The translations under genes and the position numbers were made by a program. A DNA stretch of 64,000 bases from Saprospira grandis (GTDB lineage Bacteria; Bacteroidota; Bacteroidia; Chitinophagales; Saprospiraceae): positions 1,308,241-1,372,240 of the forward strand of contig NZ_CP110854.1 in NCBI RefSeq assembly GCF_027594745.1, written 5' to 3'. This document shows, piece by piece, positions 37,365 to 47,656 of this stretch. Below the pieces are notes generated by a model. It made no database searches. It saw only the letters and a list, made by a program, of their open reading frames with translations, and had not been told where the DNA came from. The number at the start of each line of letters is the position of its first letter. Within the stretch, counting starts at the first letter, position 1.

Positions 37365-39212
37365 TTACTCTTCGTCCTGATTATCTTTCTCTTGATTTTC
37401 GATTTGCTCACGCAATTGGGCAAAAACGTTGAGGTCACCCATAGTGCTACGCTCTACTTTATCTTGCTGTTTGCGGAGTTCATCTTGTGCTTCGCGGTTT
37501 TGGCGACGTTTGTCATCGCGTTCTTGGCGGTCAGCATCTTTCTTGCTATCGTTGTAGTAGCGAGAGTGAGACACGAGGATACGCTTATCATCGCGGTTAA
37601 ACTCGATTACTTTGAATAGCAAAGTTTCCTCTACTTCTGCGAGGCTACCATCTTCTTTCTTCACATGGCGGAGAGGAGCGAAAGCCTCTAGGCCGTAAGG
37701 AAGTTGAACGATAGCACCACGGTCGTCACGGCGGAGGACAGTGGCTTCATGCACAGAGCCTACAGGGAAAACATTCTCGAAAGTATCCCAAGGGTTTTCT
37801 TCGAGTTGTTTGTGGCCCAAAGAAAGTTTGCGATTTTCTACATCGATGTCAAGGATCATGATATCTAGAGTCTCCCCTACTTTGGTAAACTCGGCAGGGT
37901 GGCCATAGCGCTTAGTCCAAGAAAGGTCAGAGATATGGATCATACCGCCGATACCTTCTTCGAGTTCCAAGAATACGCCATAAGGAGTAAGGTTTTTGAC
38001 CTCACCTTTGTGCGTGCTATTTTTGGGATAGCGCTCTTCGATAGTTGCCCAAGGATCATCGCTAAGCTGCTTAAGGCTTAGAGACATCTTGCGCTCTTCG
38101 CGGTCGATAGTCACCACTTTAGCTTCGTGGATAGTCCCTTCTTTGAAGTAATCGCGAGAGTTGATAGGCTGGCTGCTCCAAGATACCTCAGAAACGTGGA
38201 TAAGCCCTTCAACACCGGGAGTGATTTCTAGGAAAGCACCATAATCCTCGATGTTTACGATACGGCCTTTAACGGTAGAACCGGGCTGCACGTCTTCAGG
38301 CAATACGTCCCATGGGTGGGGCTGTAGTTGCTTAAGGCCCAAAGAGATACGTTTTTTGTCATCATTGAAGTCAAGAACAACAACGTTGAGCTTCTGGCCA
38401 TTCTCTAGTACATCGCTGGGGTGCTTGATACGGCCCCAAGAGATGTCCGTGATATAAAGAAGACCATCTACACCACCCAAATCGAGGAATGCACCAAAGT
38501 CCGTAAGGTTCTTTACCGTACCTTCTAGGACCTGACCGCGCTCCAATTTAGAGATGATTTCTTGACGTTGAGCTTCCAAGTCGCTTTCGATAAGCGCTTT
38601 GTGAGAAACAACAGCGTTTTTGATCGCTTCGTTGATTTTCACTACCTTGAACTCCATAGTTTTACCTACGTATGCATCATAATCAACGATAGGCTTGATG
38701 TCGATTTGAGAACCGGGCAAGAAAGTTTCTAGACCCTGAACGTCTACGATCATACCACCTTTCGTCTTGCTGATGATATGTCCTTTAACGACAGTACCTT
38801 CGTTGTAAGCGTTAACGATGCTTTCCCAAGCGCGAAGCAATTTCGCTTTGCGGCGAGACAAAACAAGCTGTCCACGCTTATCCTCTTGAGTTTCTACGTA
38901 TACCTCAACAACATCGCCTACAGCGAGTTCGGGCATATCGCGGAATTCTGAAGTAGGGACCAATCCGTCAGACTTGTAGTTCAAGTCGATAACTACATCG
39001 CCATCTTGGATAGCTACTACACGACCACCAACGATTTCGTACTCTTTTACAGAGCTCAAAGTTTCGTCGTACTCGGCAGTTAGTTTGGCCATTTCTTCAG
39101 CAGAGTAAGCTGATTCACCAGACTTGCTAGAGTTCCAATCAAAATCGTCGTGAGCAACTACTACTTGCTCTTGCTGGTTCTCCAGCTCCTGATTATTAGT
39201 TTCGTTTTCCAT
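37365..39212 (-). CDS. rpsA: 30S ribosomal protein S1
   Basis: Six S1 domains with characteristic G.V.G.V..I...GAFV.L..G..GL.H.S motifs; about 615 aa with an acidic C-terminal tail. Confidence 0.95.
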   Translation of the reverse strand: MENETNNQELENQQEQVVVAHDDFDWNSSKSGESAYSAEEMAKLTAEYDETLSSVKEYEIVGGRVVAIQDGDVVIDLNYKSDGLVPTSEFRDMPELAVGDVVEVYVETQEDKRGQLVLSRRKAKLLRAWESIVNAYNEGTVVKGHIISKTKGGMIVDVQGLETFLPGSQIDIKPIVDYDAYVGKTMEFKVVKINEAIKNAVVSHKALIESDLEAQRQEIISKLERGQVLEGTVKNLTDFGAFLDLGGVDGLLYITDISWGRIKHPSDVLENGQKLNVVVLDFNDDKKRISLGLKQLQPHPWDVLPEDVQPGSTVKGRIVNIEDYGAFLEITPGVEGLIHVSEVSWSSQPINSRDYFKEGTIHEAKVVTIDREERKMSLSLKQLSDDPWATIEERYPKNSTHKGEVKNLTPYGVFLELEEGIGGMIHISDLSWTKRYGHPAEFTKVGETLDIMILDIDVENRKLSLGHKQLEENPWDTFENVFPVGSVHEATVLRRDDRGAIVQLPYGLEAFAPLRHVKKEDGSLAEVEETLLFKVIEFNRDDKRILVSHSRYYNDSKKDADRQERDDKRRQNREAQDELRKQQDKVERSTMGDLNVFAQLREQIENQEKDNQDEE

Positions 39213-39341
39213 AATTATGGAAGTTTCCCTTCCGGGACGGTTTAAAAATGTGAATAAATTAATTTACAGTTCCTCTAAAAGGAAAATGCCTGCAAAAATA
39301 AGCTTTTCAAGCTTCTTTTACAAGCTATTATAGGTTTATTT

Positions 39342-41282
39342 TTAGTCCTCTTCCCAAAAGGCTTCTAGGGCCAATTCGGCGGCTTCCCATTTTTCCATGG
39401 CCTCTTCTGTAGCCGCTTCATTTTCTTGATGTTTGGCTAGGGCCTTTTCATAGTCGGGGGTTCCAAATTTGCTGCTATCGCCCAATATTTTTTCCAGCTT
39501 ATTTTTCTCTTCTTCTAGGCGCTGAAGTTGCCGCTCTGCATTCTGGATATTTCTTTTGAGTTGTTTGAGGGCCTGCTTGACCGCAGGATCGTTTTCGTCT
39601 TTTTTGGGCTTGGCCTTTTTGCTGCTGCCGCTGCTGTTGGCCGTTTTGCCCAAAGAGACATCTCGAAGGCTGCCGTATTGGCGTTTTTCTAGGAAGTATT
39701 CAGAGTCGCCCAAATAGGTTTTGAGCTTCTTTTGGTCAAATTCAATGACTTTATCGGTCAAGCCATCCAAAAAGTCTCTATCGTGAGAAACCACCACCAA
39801 GGTCCCATCATAATGCAAAAGGGCCTCTTTCAAAATGGCCTTAGAAAGCATATCGAGGTGGTTGGTGGGTTCATCCAGCACCAATAAGTTGATGGGGTGC
39901 AAAAGCAAGCAGGCCATGGCTAGACGCGCCCGTTCTCCTCCCGATAAAACCGATACTTTTTTGTCTACATCCTCCCCCTTAAAGAGAAAGGAGCCCAAAA
40001 TAGCCCGTAGGCGGGGACGCAACTCAAAGGGGGCATCTTGTTCTATGGTTTCTAAAACGGTCTTTTTGGGGTCTAGGGCTTCGGCCTGATTCTGTGCATA
40101 ATAGCCCAAATGGACATTATGGCCCAATTCGCTTGTTCCGCCCGTGGGCAGTTGCTGGCCCACCATTATTTTTACCAAGGTCGATTTTCCCTCTCCGTTT
40201 TTGCCCATAAAGGCCAGGCGTTCGCCTCGGATGATGGTCAAATCTACTTCATTCAAGATCAAATTATCGCCATAGCTTTTGCTTAGGCCCTTTACAATGG
40301 CCACTCTTTCGCCAGAACGAGGTGCGGGCGGAAACTGCAGGCGCATCCGGCTGCTATCCCCATCTTCTAGCTCGATCCGCTGCATGCGGTCCAATTCCTT
40401 GATGAGCGATTGGGCCATTTTGGCCTTATTGGCCTTGGCTCTAAATTTATCGACTAAGGCCTCTTTGCGGGCAATTTCTTTTTGCTGCTGCTGAAAAGCC
40501 GACTGCATTTGGGCCTGTCGCTCTTCTCGCAATTCTAAATATCGAGAGTAGTTGGCTTTATAATCATGCACTTTGCCCAACTCAATCTCAATGGTGCGCT
40601 GCGTCACCTTATCCAAAAAGGCTTTATCGTGAGAAATCACAATCACGGCCCCTTCATAAGGCTGCAAAAACTGTTCGAGCCAAATGATAGATTCAATATC
40701 CAAGTGGTTGGTCGGCTCATCCAAAAGCAAGAGCTGTGGCCGCTGCAACAGAATTTTGGCCAGCTCAATTCGCATTTGCCAGCCCCCGCTAAAGGTGGTG
40801 GTTTGTCGATCAAAATCAGTAACCGAAAAGCCCAAGCCCATCAAGATTTTCTCGGCTTCGGCTTGCAAACTTTGGCCGCCAATCAAGGCCAGACGGTCGT
40901 TTAATTCCGATAATTCATGAATCAGCTCCATATAGCCATCGCTGCTATAATCGGTCCGCTCCTCCATTTCTTGCTGAATCTCTTCTAGGCGTTTTTCCAT
41001 GGCCTGCGCCTTGGCAAAGGCCGTCATGGCCTCTTCCAACACCGTTTTGCCCTTGGGCAAGAGCATATCTTGATGCAAAAACCCGATGGTTAGATCTTTA
41101 GGAGCGGCAATATTGCCTTGCATGGGCGCAATTTGCCCAGCAATAATCTTAAGCATAGTCGATTTCCCCGCTCCATTTCGGCCCGTCAGACCAATGCGGT
41201 CTTTTTCTCGCACCGTAAAGGAAACCTGGTCCAACAATCGGCGATCGCCATATTGTACATATATATTCTGAAGGTTCAGCAT
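39342..41282 (-). CDS. ABC-F family ATPase (tandem ABC domains, no TM domain; translation-associated EttA/Uup/YbiT-like)
   Basis: Two Walker A motifs (GRNGAGKST, GKNGEGKST), two ABC signatures (FSGGWQMRIELAK, LSGGERARLAMA), and a C-terminal coiled-coil extension. Confidence 0.9.
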   Translation of the reverse strand: MLNLQNIYVQYGDRRLLDQVSFTVREKDRIGLTGRNGAGKSTMLKIIAGQIAPMQGNIAAPKDLTIGFLHQDMLLPKGKTVLEEAMTAFAKAQAMEKRLEEIQQEMEERTDYSSDGYMELIHELSELNDRLALIGGQSLQAEAEKILMGLGFSVTDFDRQTTTFSGGWQMRIELAKILLQRPQLLLLDEPTNHLDIESIIWLEQFLQPYEGAVIVISHDKAFLDKVTQRTIEIELGKVHDYKANYSRYLELREERQAQMQSAFQQQQKEIARKEALVDKFRAKANKAKMAQSLIKELDRMQRIELEDGDSSRMRLQFPPAPRSGERVAIVKGLSKSYGDNLILNEVDLTIIRGERLAFMGKNGEGKSTLVKIMVGQQLPTGGTSELGHNVHLGYYAQNQAEALDPKKTVLETIEQDAPFELRPRLRAILGSFLFKGEDVDKKVSVLSGGERARLAMACLLLHPINLLVLDEPTNHLDMLSKAILKEALLHYDGTLVVVSHDRDFLDGLTDKVIEFDQKKLKTYLGDSEYFLEKRQYGSLRDVSLGKTANSSGSSKKAKPKKDENDPAVKQALKQLKRNIQNAERQLQRLEEEKNKLEKILGDSSKFGTPDYEKALAKHQENEAATEEAMEKWEAAELALEAFWEED

Positions 41283-41335
41283 GATTCTTTTCTTTTAGTC
41301 GCCGCAAAAATAGCCTTTTTCTTTGGAATAATAAT

Positions 41336-41597
41336 TTTTTGGGGCCTCCGCTGCGGCCTGCGGCCTTGCGGCGGTTACTCCCTTTGGTCGTCGAACTGCG
41401 CCCTAAAGGGCTTGTTGTCGTTGCGCAGCTCGCTGCTATTTTGGGGCCTCCGCCTCCCTTCGGTCGTCGGCGCTACGTTTCGCAGCTCGCTGTTCGCTCG
41501 GCCCTGCGGCCTGACGGCCTGGGTCTGCGGCTTCGCCGCACTGCTGCACATCGCTAGGCCAAATGGAAGTCCTGCGCTTCGGCCATCCTTTGGTAAA
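41336..41597 (+). repeat. Intergenic repeat, long/dimeric variant (module C + module A), forward
   Basis: TTTTTTGGGGCCTCCGCTGCGGCCTGCGGCC...GGTTACTCCCTTTGGTCGTCGAACTGCGCCCTAAAGGGCTTGTTGTCG..., then a second TTTTGGGGCCTCCGCCTCCCTTCGG...CTCGCTGTTCGCTCGGCCCTGC...CATCGCTAGGCC. Confidence 0.85.
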
Positions 41598-41683
41598 AAT
41601 TTTAGTTCACTAGTTCACTCAAAAAGGAGTAAATAAACTATATATTACTTAGACATAAGCTAAAAACACAAAATCAAAATAAT

Positions 41684-43093
41684 ATGAAAGCATTAGCTAG
41701 CATCCTTATCCTCTTCATTGGGATACTTAATCCCAGTAAAATGCGAAGCAAAAAGGAAATTATTGCGGCAAAAAACAGTTACCAACAAGAGCAAGCTCTT
41801 TTTAACGAAAGCTATTTGCAGTATAAAAGCCTGAGCGAACTGCTCGCTCAACTCAGCCCTGAAGACCCAGAATATCAATCCTTTAAAGCAGCCCAAACAA
41901 AGGCCAAAAAAGTTTTGGGGCAGTATAAAAAACAGCTGGCCAAGGAAAAAACAGCCTTAGAGACTATTATTGCCAGTTTTCTAGGCGCTCAGCAGGAGGA
42001 TATTCCGAAGGAGCAGTATAGAAAATTATTAGCAGATTTCTTTAAGAATGCATCTGAAGTACTTAAATCAAGAATTGGTAAATCGCCTAAACTAGAGAGT
42101 ACGCCACTGAGTATTTTTCAAGCCCAATTAGCTCAATTCTTCAAACAGATTCCAGGTCCACTCAGTAAACAACTCAATAAGGAGGTTAAAGCGATTCCTA
42201 TTGATACCAATGTTGAAGACTTTCTAGCGGCCTTTTTGGCCATTTTAGAGAAATACAGCCAAGAAGATCAAATCAAGGCGAACTGGTTCAATACCTTTAG
42301 TATCAAAGAAAAGAATTTACTAAAGAAAATTAGCTATCAGCAACTAGAAAGCATTTTGGACCAAGCCCTAGCCAAGGATGACTTTTTGACGAAGGAGGAG
42401 CTGGAAGAGAAAAAGAATATAGTCCTTAAAATACAAGAGGAAAAAAATAGCATCAATAGATGGAAGGATGAGGAATATTTAACATGGAATGACAGCATTA
42501 ACCTTGCAGATTGTTTAGCCCCCAGCTATTTTCCTCAAGTAGTGGCCAATGATTATTATACAGACAAATATGTGAAAGTAGCGACCATCAAAAATTCTTT
42601 ACTTCAGTCTTTGGAACGCTTAGAGCAGGAAGGAAGCCTAGAGGAACTAAAAGCATTTATTTCCTGTGACTTTTTCTCCAACTGCAGAGTACAGTCCCTT
42701 AGAGAAATTTTTGAAGCAGTAGAAGCTAAACGGCTAAAGCAGTTAGATTTACTTCCTTATCTTGGCGAAGAGCCCAGAGGTACAAAAGTTGATATTCAAC
42801 TGTTGAAGTCTCTTTTGAGTGGAATGAATGCAGACCCTAATGATTTCTTGGGGCAACTGCTACTAACGCATATCAAGAACTTAAAATCTGAATCACTTAG
42901 TTTAAGTGAATTAAACGCTGAAGTAGCAGAAAGCCTAATCAATAATCCCGCACTATTAGCTATGATTCCCAAGGAATTCCCTAAAGAAAGTGCGGAAGCT
43001 TGGCTTTCTTTTGATGCCCAATTCAAAAGAGCCGTAGTTCCTGGGGCATTTGGCACTCACAATCATCCTCTTCAAAAAATCATACAAGAATAG
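41684..43093 (+). CDS. Hypothetical protein, low-GC gene (N-terminal hydrophobic anchor, Lys/Glu-rich helical body)
   Basis: 469-aa ORF visibly AT-richer than the neighbouring genes (Lys AAA/AAG-rich), bounded by repeat copies on both sides; no motif recognised. Confidence 0.5.
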   Translation: MKALASILILFIGILNPSKMRSKKEIIAAKNSYQQEQALFNESYLQYKSLSELLAQLSPEDPEYQSFKAAQTKAKKVLGQYKKQLAKEKTALETIIASFLGAQQEDIPKEQYRKLLADFFKNASEVLKSRIGKSPKLESTPLSIFQAQLAQFFKQIPGPLSKQLNKEVKAIPIDTNVEDFLAAFLAILEKYSQEDQIKANWFNTFSIKEKNLLKKISYQQLESILDQALAKDDFLTKEELEEKKNIVLKIQEEKNSINRWKDEEYLTWNDSINLADCLAPSYFPQVVANDYYTDKYVKVATIKNSLLQSLERLEQEGSLEELKAFISCDFFSNCRVQSLREIFEAVEAKRLKQLDLLPYLGEEPRGTKVDIQLLKSLLSGMNADPNDFLGQLLLTHIKNLKSESLSLSELNAEVAESLINNPALLAMIPKEFPKESAEAWLSFDAQFKRAVVPGAFGTHNHPLQKIIQE

Positions 43094-43167
43094 AGAGCGG
43101 AAGATCTAACTCCTTCTAATCAAATAAAAACAGCTAAGCTAAAGCCTCTTGCCAAATAAATTTTTTA

Positions 43168-43208
43168 AGCAAAGCCCCAAACTTCCCGTTTGGGGCTTTG
43201 CTCTTTTG
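43168..43208 (+). terminator. Rho-independent terminator after the low-GC hypothetical gene
   Basis: GCAAAGCCCCAAAC-TTCC-CGTTTGGGGCTTTGC followed by TCTTTT. Confidence 0.65.
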
Positions 43209-43360
43209 GACCTTCGGTCATTCCTACCCCCAAAAGCTGCTGGGCCTGAAAACAGCAGCCCGCCATAAAATTAGAAGCAGGGGCTTTTAAGCTCCTGCGG
43301 CAAGAAAAATGAGGACCAACAAGATTGGCTGCGGCCTTTAGGCTGCAGTAAGCTCATTTA

Positions 43361-43578
43361 TATATCATTGCGAAGCAATACCATTGTTGCTGTAGGTTTC
43401 AACCTAAGTTCAATCCATGAGGGTTTTAACCCTCATCCATATATCATTGCGAAGCAATACCATCTGGCTGTAGGTTTCAACCTAAGTTCAATTCATGAGG
43501 GTTTTAACCCTCATCCATATATCATTGCGAAGCAATACCATCTGGCTGTAGGTTTCAACCTACAGTTAAAAGGGCCGA
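43361..43578 (-). repeat. Tandem array (78 bp x about 2.7) of module B (three palindromic hairpins)
   Basis: Units ATATCATTGCGAAGCAATACCATCTGGCTGTAGGTTTCAACCTAAGTTCAATyCATGAGGGTTTTAACCCTCATCCAT repeated at 43363, 43441 and 43519. Confidence 0.9.
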
Positions 43579-43712
43579 AGGCCCGCGGCTGAGGGATGGA
43601 CAGCAGTGGCCGAAGGCCAGACCCAGCCGCTGAAGGCGGCGCAGGGCCGAGCGAACAGCGAGCTGCGAAACAGCCCGACCCAGCCAAAGGCTGGGGCAGC
43701 CCCAAAAAAAGA
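43579..43712 (-). repeat. Intergenic repeat module A, reverse, directly abutting the module-B array
   Basis: GGGCCGAAGGCCCGCGGCTGAGGGATGGACAGCAGTGGCC...GGCCGAGCGAACAGCGAGCTGCGAAACAGCCCGACCC...GGGGCAGCCCCAAAAAAAG. Confidence 0.85.
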
Positions 43713-43768
43713 AAAGGTCCAGCACCGAAGTACTGGACCTTTAAAGGGTTTAGCAAAAGCTAATTAAA

Positions 43769-46700
43769 CTATTTGGCCAAAACGAAAGGCAATTGTAGGC
43801 GGCCATCCTTACCTTCTAGTTGAAGGATATATTGGCCAGCGGGCAAATCGTTGAGGTTAAAGTTGTATTGTTGTTGGATGCTTGCGGTTTGCGTCCAAAC
43901 CACTTGGCCCAAAGCATTGAAGATGCGAATCTGCTGCTCGCCTTCTAGGGCTTGCTCCAATTGGAGTTGGAACTGACCGTTGTTGGGGTTGGGGAAGAGC
44001 TTAATGTTTTGCTCATTCCAAGTGGTAATGCTGGTGCTACAGTCAATGAAAGCAATGTTAATGCTAGCGCTGTTGCTACAAGCACCAGCTGTAGTATAAG
44101 TAACACTGTGGTTAGCATTGATTGGGCTATTATCAAAGTCAATTGTTCCAGTATTAGGATCAAGAACTAGGCCTGTACTACTACTGAAGGTTCCGCCTGA
44201 AACCATTGTAGTTGGCAAAGTGGTAGCTTGAGTTCCTAGGCAGAAAGTTGTGGTATCATAGACAAAGCTAGCATCATCACGAGCATTAAGTACGAGCATA
44301 ACGGTATCTACATCGGGGCAATTCCCTTGTGTAGTATAAGAAATCACATAAGCACCCGCTTGGCTATTGGCGAGGTCAATTGTACCGCCAAAGCTCTCGA
44401 TAGCGATACCAGGCGTAGAGCTAAACAAACCGTTATTGCTGGCATTGATTTGCGCAATGGGGTTTGTTCCATCTAGGCAGTAGCTGCTCATGGCATAGCT
44501 AATATCTGCGGTATCGGCCGCATCGATATTGATGACAAAAGTATCGAGATCGGCACAAGCGTTGGGCGTAGTATAGACGATAGCGTGAAGACCAGCACTA
44601 GAGTTATCTACATTGATTGCACCAGTAGTAGGATCGAGATCAACTACATTAGAGGGGCTGCTAAAGCTACCGCCTTGGGTAGCTGCGATAGTAGGCGTAA
44701 CAGTACCCGCACCAAAGCAATAATTAGCCATAGGGTAGCTAATGTCAGCGGTGTCGGCATCTGCAATAGCTACAGCAACAGTGTCATAATCCATACAGCT
44801 CATGTTTGGACCAACACCATAAATAACGCTATAGGCTCCAATTGCAGAAGCACCAGCAGAAATCTCACCAGTTAGGCTATCAATATTAAGGCCTGCAGTG
44901 CTCATATAAGTACCGCCAAGGTCACCATTGTTAGTCACAGCAACTTGTCCAGAGTTTTGGCAATAAGATGCAAAAGGATAGCTAATATCAGCGGAGGGGC
45001 TCTCCGCATTTTGAGTGATATTTAGGACATAAGCCCCTGTGTTTGTACTGTAACCTTCTACCATTACATAAATGGTGTCGAGGTAATTAACAGGCGTGCC
45101 CAAAATTTCTGAGCGCGTGCCACAGTTATCGTCATTGCCCGCAATCTGGCTGATTCCAGCATCATAGATACGGAGATAAGTATCGTAGCTAGAGCCACAA
45201 AGTGAGGCGTCAATAGTGGTCACACAAGGATCAGTGATAATCAGTTGATACCAAACATCGGCAGAAGAGTTGGCGATAAAGTCGGTATAACAGCTAGCGG
45301 TACTGCTTGTATCATTAAAAGTAGCCGTAGATACCATAATAGGATCTGTGGGCGTATCTCCATTGACCGCACAAAGGGTTGTAAAGCTAATCATGCTCCA
45401 GGCAGAAGTATCGCCAGGGGCACAAACTTCACGGACATAAGCCTCATAAGTTGTATTATCCATAAGACCCGTTTGGTTGCTACTGTTGGTATTGATTACG
45501 GCAGTAGTTCCTGTGGGGGTATTTCCAGCCATGACTACTTCTACTTGGAAGTTAGAGCCAGTTCCCGTCCAGTTCAAGTCGGCAGAAGTGGCGGTAATAT
45601 TGCTAGCGGCTAGGCCAGAAACGGCCAAACAAGTAGGCAAGTCATCAAAGGCTACATCATCAATTAGGATATCGTTGTAGAAAGCCGTTCCAGCATCTTC
45701 GACTACAGTAAAGCGGGCCTGTACAGGGCCAGTAATCGTAAAGACACTCAAGTCGACCATCACCTCATGCCAGTTTGGAAAATCTTGGCGGATAGTGTCT
45801 ACAGTGGTCCAGTTGGCCCCATCATAGATATCAATAATCAAAGTATTGTTATCGCCGGGGTTGGTGGTATTGTTAGAGTATACCCAAAAAATAAGGCCTG
45901 GGCGAGTCAAGGCCGTAATATCTACCTGAGGCGTCTCTAGAGTAGAGATTTGGCTAGCTCCAGTTGGAGTAGAACCATCAATCCAAGCATAATTTCCAGC
46001 ATTTCCAGTATGGTCGCCAGCATTTCCAGCGGCATAACCTGCAGCCGTACTATACTTCCAAGCCTCAGAACCACTCTCGGTCCAGCAGTTAGGCGTAGCA
46101 GAACCATCAAAGGTTTCTAGATAAGGAGCGACAAAGGTATTACAAGCTGTTGTAAAGCTCAAAGGAGCTGTATAAGCTGCAGTATCACCTACCCCACAGA
46201 ATGGGCGCACATAGACATCATAGTCCGTAGCAGCCATTAGTCCAGTTAGATTAAATGGAGTAGTTATGGCCGATACCATAGTTCCTGCACCTTGAGTAAA
46301 GCCCGTAGGGCCATACTCTACGATATAAGAACCTGCAGAAACCGCATTATTGTCGGTCCAATCCAAATCCACAGCAGTAGGCATAACATTAGAAGCAGTC
46401 ATATTGGCTGCAGTCAAACAAGTGGGCAAGTTGGCAAAGCTAATGTCATCTAGCAAGATGTCATTGTAAAAAGCATCAGTAGGACAATCTTCTACTACCG
46501 TAAAGCGTGCCTGTACATTACCCGTAATCGTATAAACAGAGAGGTCAACTTTAAACTCCACCCAGTCAATGCTATCCTGACGGAAAGTATCCACATTGTT
46601 CCAACTGGCCCCATCAAAAAAGTCAATGATCAAGGTGTTGTTATCTCCAGGGTTATTGGTATTATTACTAAAAACCCAATAAGTCAAAGTAGGGGTCGTT

Positions 46701-46996
46701 AGGCCCGAAATATCAACCAAAGGCGTCTCTAAAGTTGTTGCAACAGTGGGTCCACTAGTCCCAGAACCGTCAATCCAGGCGTAGTTCCCGCCATTTCCAG
46801 TATGGTCTAAGGTACCACCAGCCCCATAAGCAGCTCCTGTACTATACTTCCAGGTATCCGAGCCGCTTTCGGTCCAACAAGTAGGCGTTGTCGTCCCATC
46901 AAAGCTCTCCGAATAGGGAGCTACCTGGGTACACTGCGCCCTCAAGCCGGCAATGCTCAAAAAGAGACAGGCCGCAATTAGCGTATAAATTCTCAT
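43769..46996 (-). CDS. Very large T9SS-secreted surface protein/adhesin: two MAM-like domains, FN3-like domains, four tandem ~80-aa repeat domains, C-terminal T9SS sorting domain
   Basis: Signal peptide; internally duplicated CWTESGS..WKYST..Y.AG...DHTGN.GNYAWIDGS...FTVVED module (x2); repeated DTADISYP..YC modules (x4); C-terminal KLFPNPNNGQFQLQLE...ILQLE T9SS CTD. Confidence 0.75.
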   Translation of the reverse strand: MRIYTLIAACLFLSIAGLRAQCTQVAPYSESFDGTTTPTCWTESGSDTWKYSTGAAYGAGGTLDHTGNGGNYAWIDGSGTSGPTVATTLETPLVDISGLTTPTLTYWVFSNNTNNPGDNNTLIIDFFDGASWNNVDTFRQDSIDWVEFKVDLSVYTITGNVQARFTVVEDCPTDAFYNDILLDDISFANLPTCLTAANMTASNVMPTAVDLDWTDNNAVSAGSYIVEYGPTGFTQGAGTMVSAITTPFNLTGLMAATDYDVYVRPFCGVGDTAAYTAPLSFTTACNTFVAPYLETFDGSATPNCWTESGSEAWKYSTAAGYAAGNAGDHTGNAGNYAWIDGSTPTGASQISTLETPQVDITALTRPGLIFWVYSNNTTNPGDNNTLIIDIYDGANWTTVDTIRQDFPNWHEVMVDLSVFTITGPVQARFTVVEDAGTAFYNDILIDDVAFDDLPTCLAVSGLAASNITATSADLNWTGTGSNFQVEVVMAGNTPTGTTAVINTNSSNQTGLMDNTTYEAYVREVCAPGDTSAWSMISFTTLCAVNGDTPTDPIMVSTATFNDTSSTASCYTDFIANSSADVWYQLIITDPCVTTIDASLCGSSYDTYLRIYDAGISQIAGNDDNCGTRSEILGTPVNYLDTIYVMVEGYSTNTGAYVLNITQNAESPSADISYPFASYCQNSGQVAVTNNGDLGGTYMSTAGLNIDSLTGEISAGASAIGAYSVIYGVGPNMSCMDYDTVAVAIADADTADISYPMANYCFGAGTVTPTIAATQGGSFSSPSNVVDLDPTTGAINVDNSSAGLHAIVYTTPNACADLDTFVINIDAADTADISYAMSSYCLDGTNPIAQINASNNGLFSSTPGIAIESFGGTIDLANSQAGAYVISYTTQGNCPDVDTVMLVLNARDDASFVYDTTTFCLGTQATTLPTTMVSGGTFSSSTGLVLDPNTGTIDFDNSPINANHSVTYTTAGACSNSASINIAFIDCSTSITTWNEQNIKLFPNPNNGQFQLQLEQALEGEQQIRIFNALGQVVWTQTASIQQQYNFNLNDLPAGQYILQLEGKDGRLQLPFVLAK

Positions 46997-47235
46997 AAAG
47001 TGTATGATTTAATATGAATGAAAAAAGGCTTATCCAAACAAATGCTCAAAGCCTGCTATCGCTTTGAGGTCCTTACAAATTTAATCTTTTTTAGACAAAA
47101 AATTAAGCTTCTGCCCAATTAGCCCAAAACCAAAGATTTAGCAAAAGCTTAAGTCTTTTCTGGCTAAGTTGTTGCAACATTGTTGCATTTATATTTATCT
47201 TTGCCCTTATTAACAGTTGTTGAAATCCATTTATC

Positions 47236-47643
47236 ATGAACAAAACTTTATCTCTCTTGCTTTTGCTGGGCCTGTTTTTTTCTTTTTCGGCCTGTAGCAA
47301 GGAAGAGGAGGACATCCAAATCACAGAGTTTCAGGTCAGTTTTATTAGCCCCTCGGCCAATGAAACCCTAGCCGATCCCGCCAACGCCAATTTCCAACTA
47401 GAGGTCTCTACTCCAGAAAATATCCATGGGGTGCAGGTTTTTCTCTACCTAGACGGAGATAGCAGCTATATCGCTCCTTTTTCACCTTCTAGAACGCCCC
47501 GAGATGGCGACCTCCTAGAGATTAACGAGCAAATTGACCTTTCGGCCTTTCCCGCCGGTAGCCAATTTCGCCTAGAGGTAAAGGGCTGCCTAGAGCATGG
47601 CTGCCCCCAACCCATTATCCAAAGTATTCCTTTTAATATCTAA
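47236..47643 (+). CDS. Small lipoprotein, tandem paralog 1
   Basis: Lipobox LLLLGLFFSFSAC; shares SFISPSANETLADP...GDSSYIAPF...IDLSAFPAG...LEVKGC motifs with the downstream gene. Confidence 0.55.
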   Translation: MNKTLSLLLLLGLFFSFSACSKEEEDIQITEFQVSFISPSANETLADPANANFQLEVSTPENIHGVQVFLYLDGDSSYIAPFSPSRTPRDGDLLEINEQIDLSAFPAGSQFRLEVKGCLEHGCPQPIIQSIPFNI

Positions 47644-47656
47644 AATAGCATCAATC

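Noticed and set aside
43368-43592. 74-aa ORF MRSNTIVAVGFNLSSIHEGFNPHPYIIAKQYHLAVGFNLSSIHEGFNPHPYIIAKQYH...
   Set aside because: Its internal amino-acid repetition is a direct product of the 78-bp tandem module-B array. It is an ORF-caller artefact.
47160-47215. GTTGTTGCAACATTGTTGCATTT direct/inverted repeat upstream of the lipoprotein pair as a regulatory site
   Set aside because: Plausible but unsupported: a single occurrence with no adjacent regulator.
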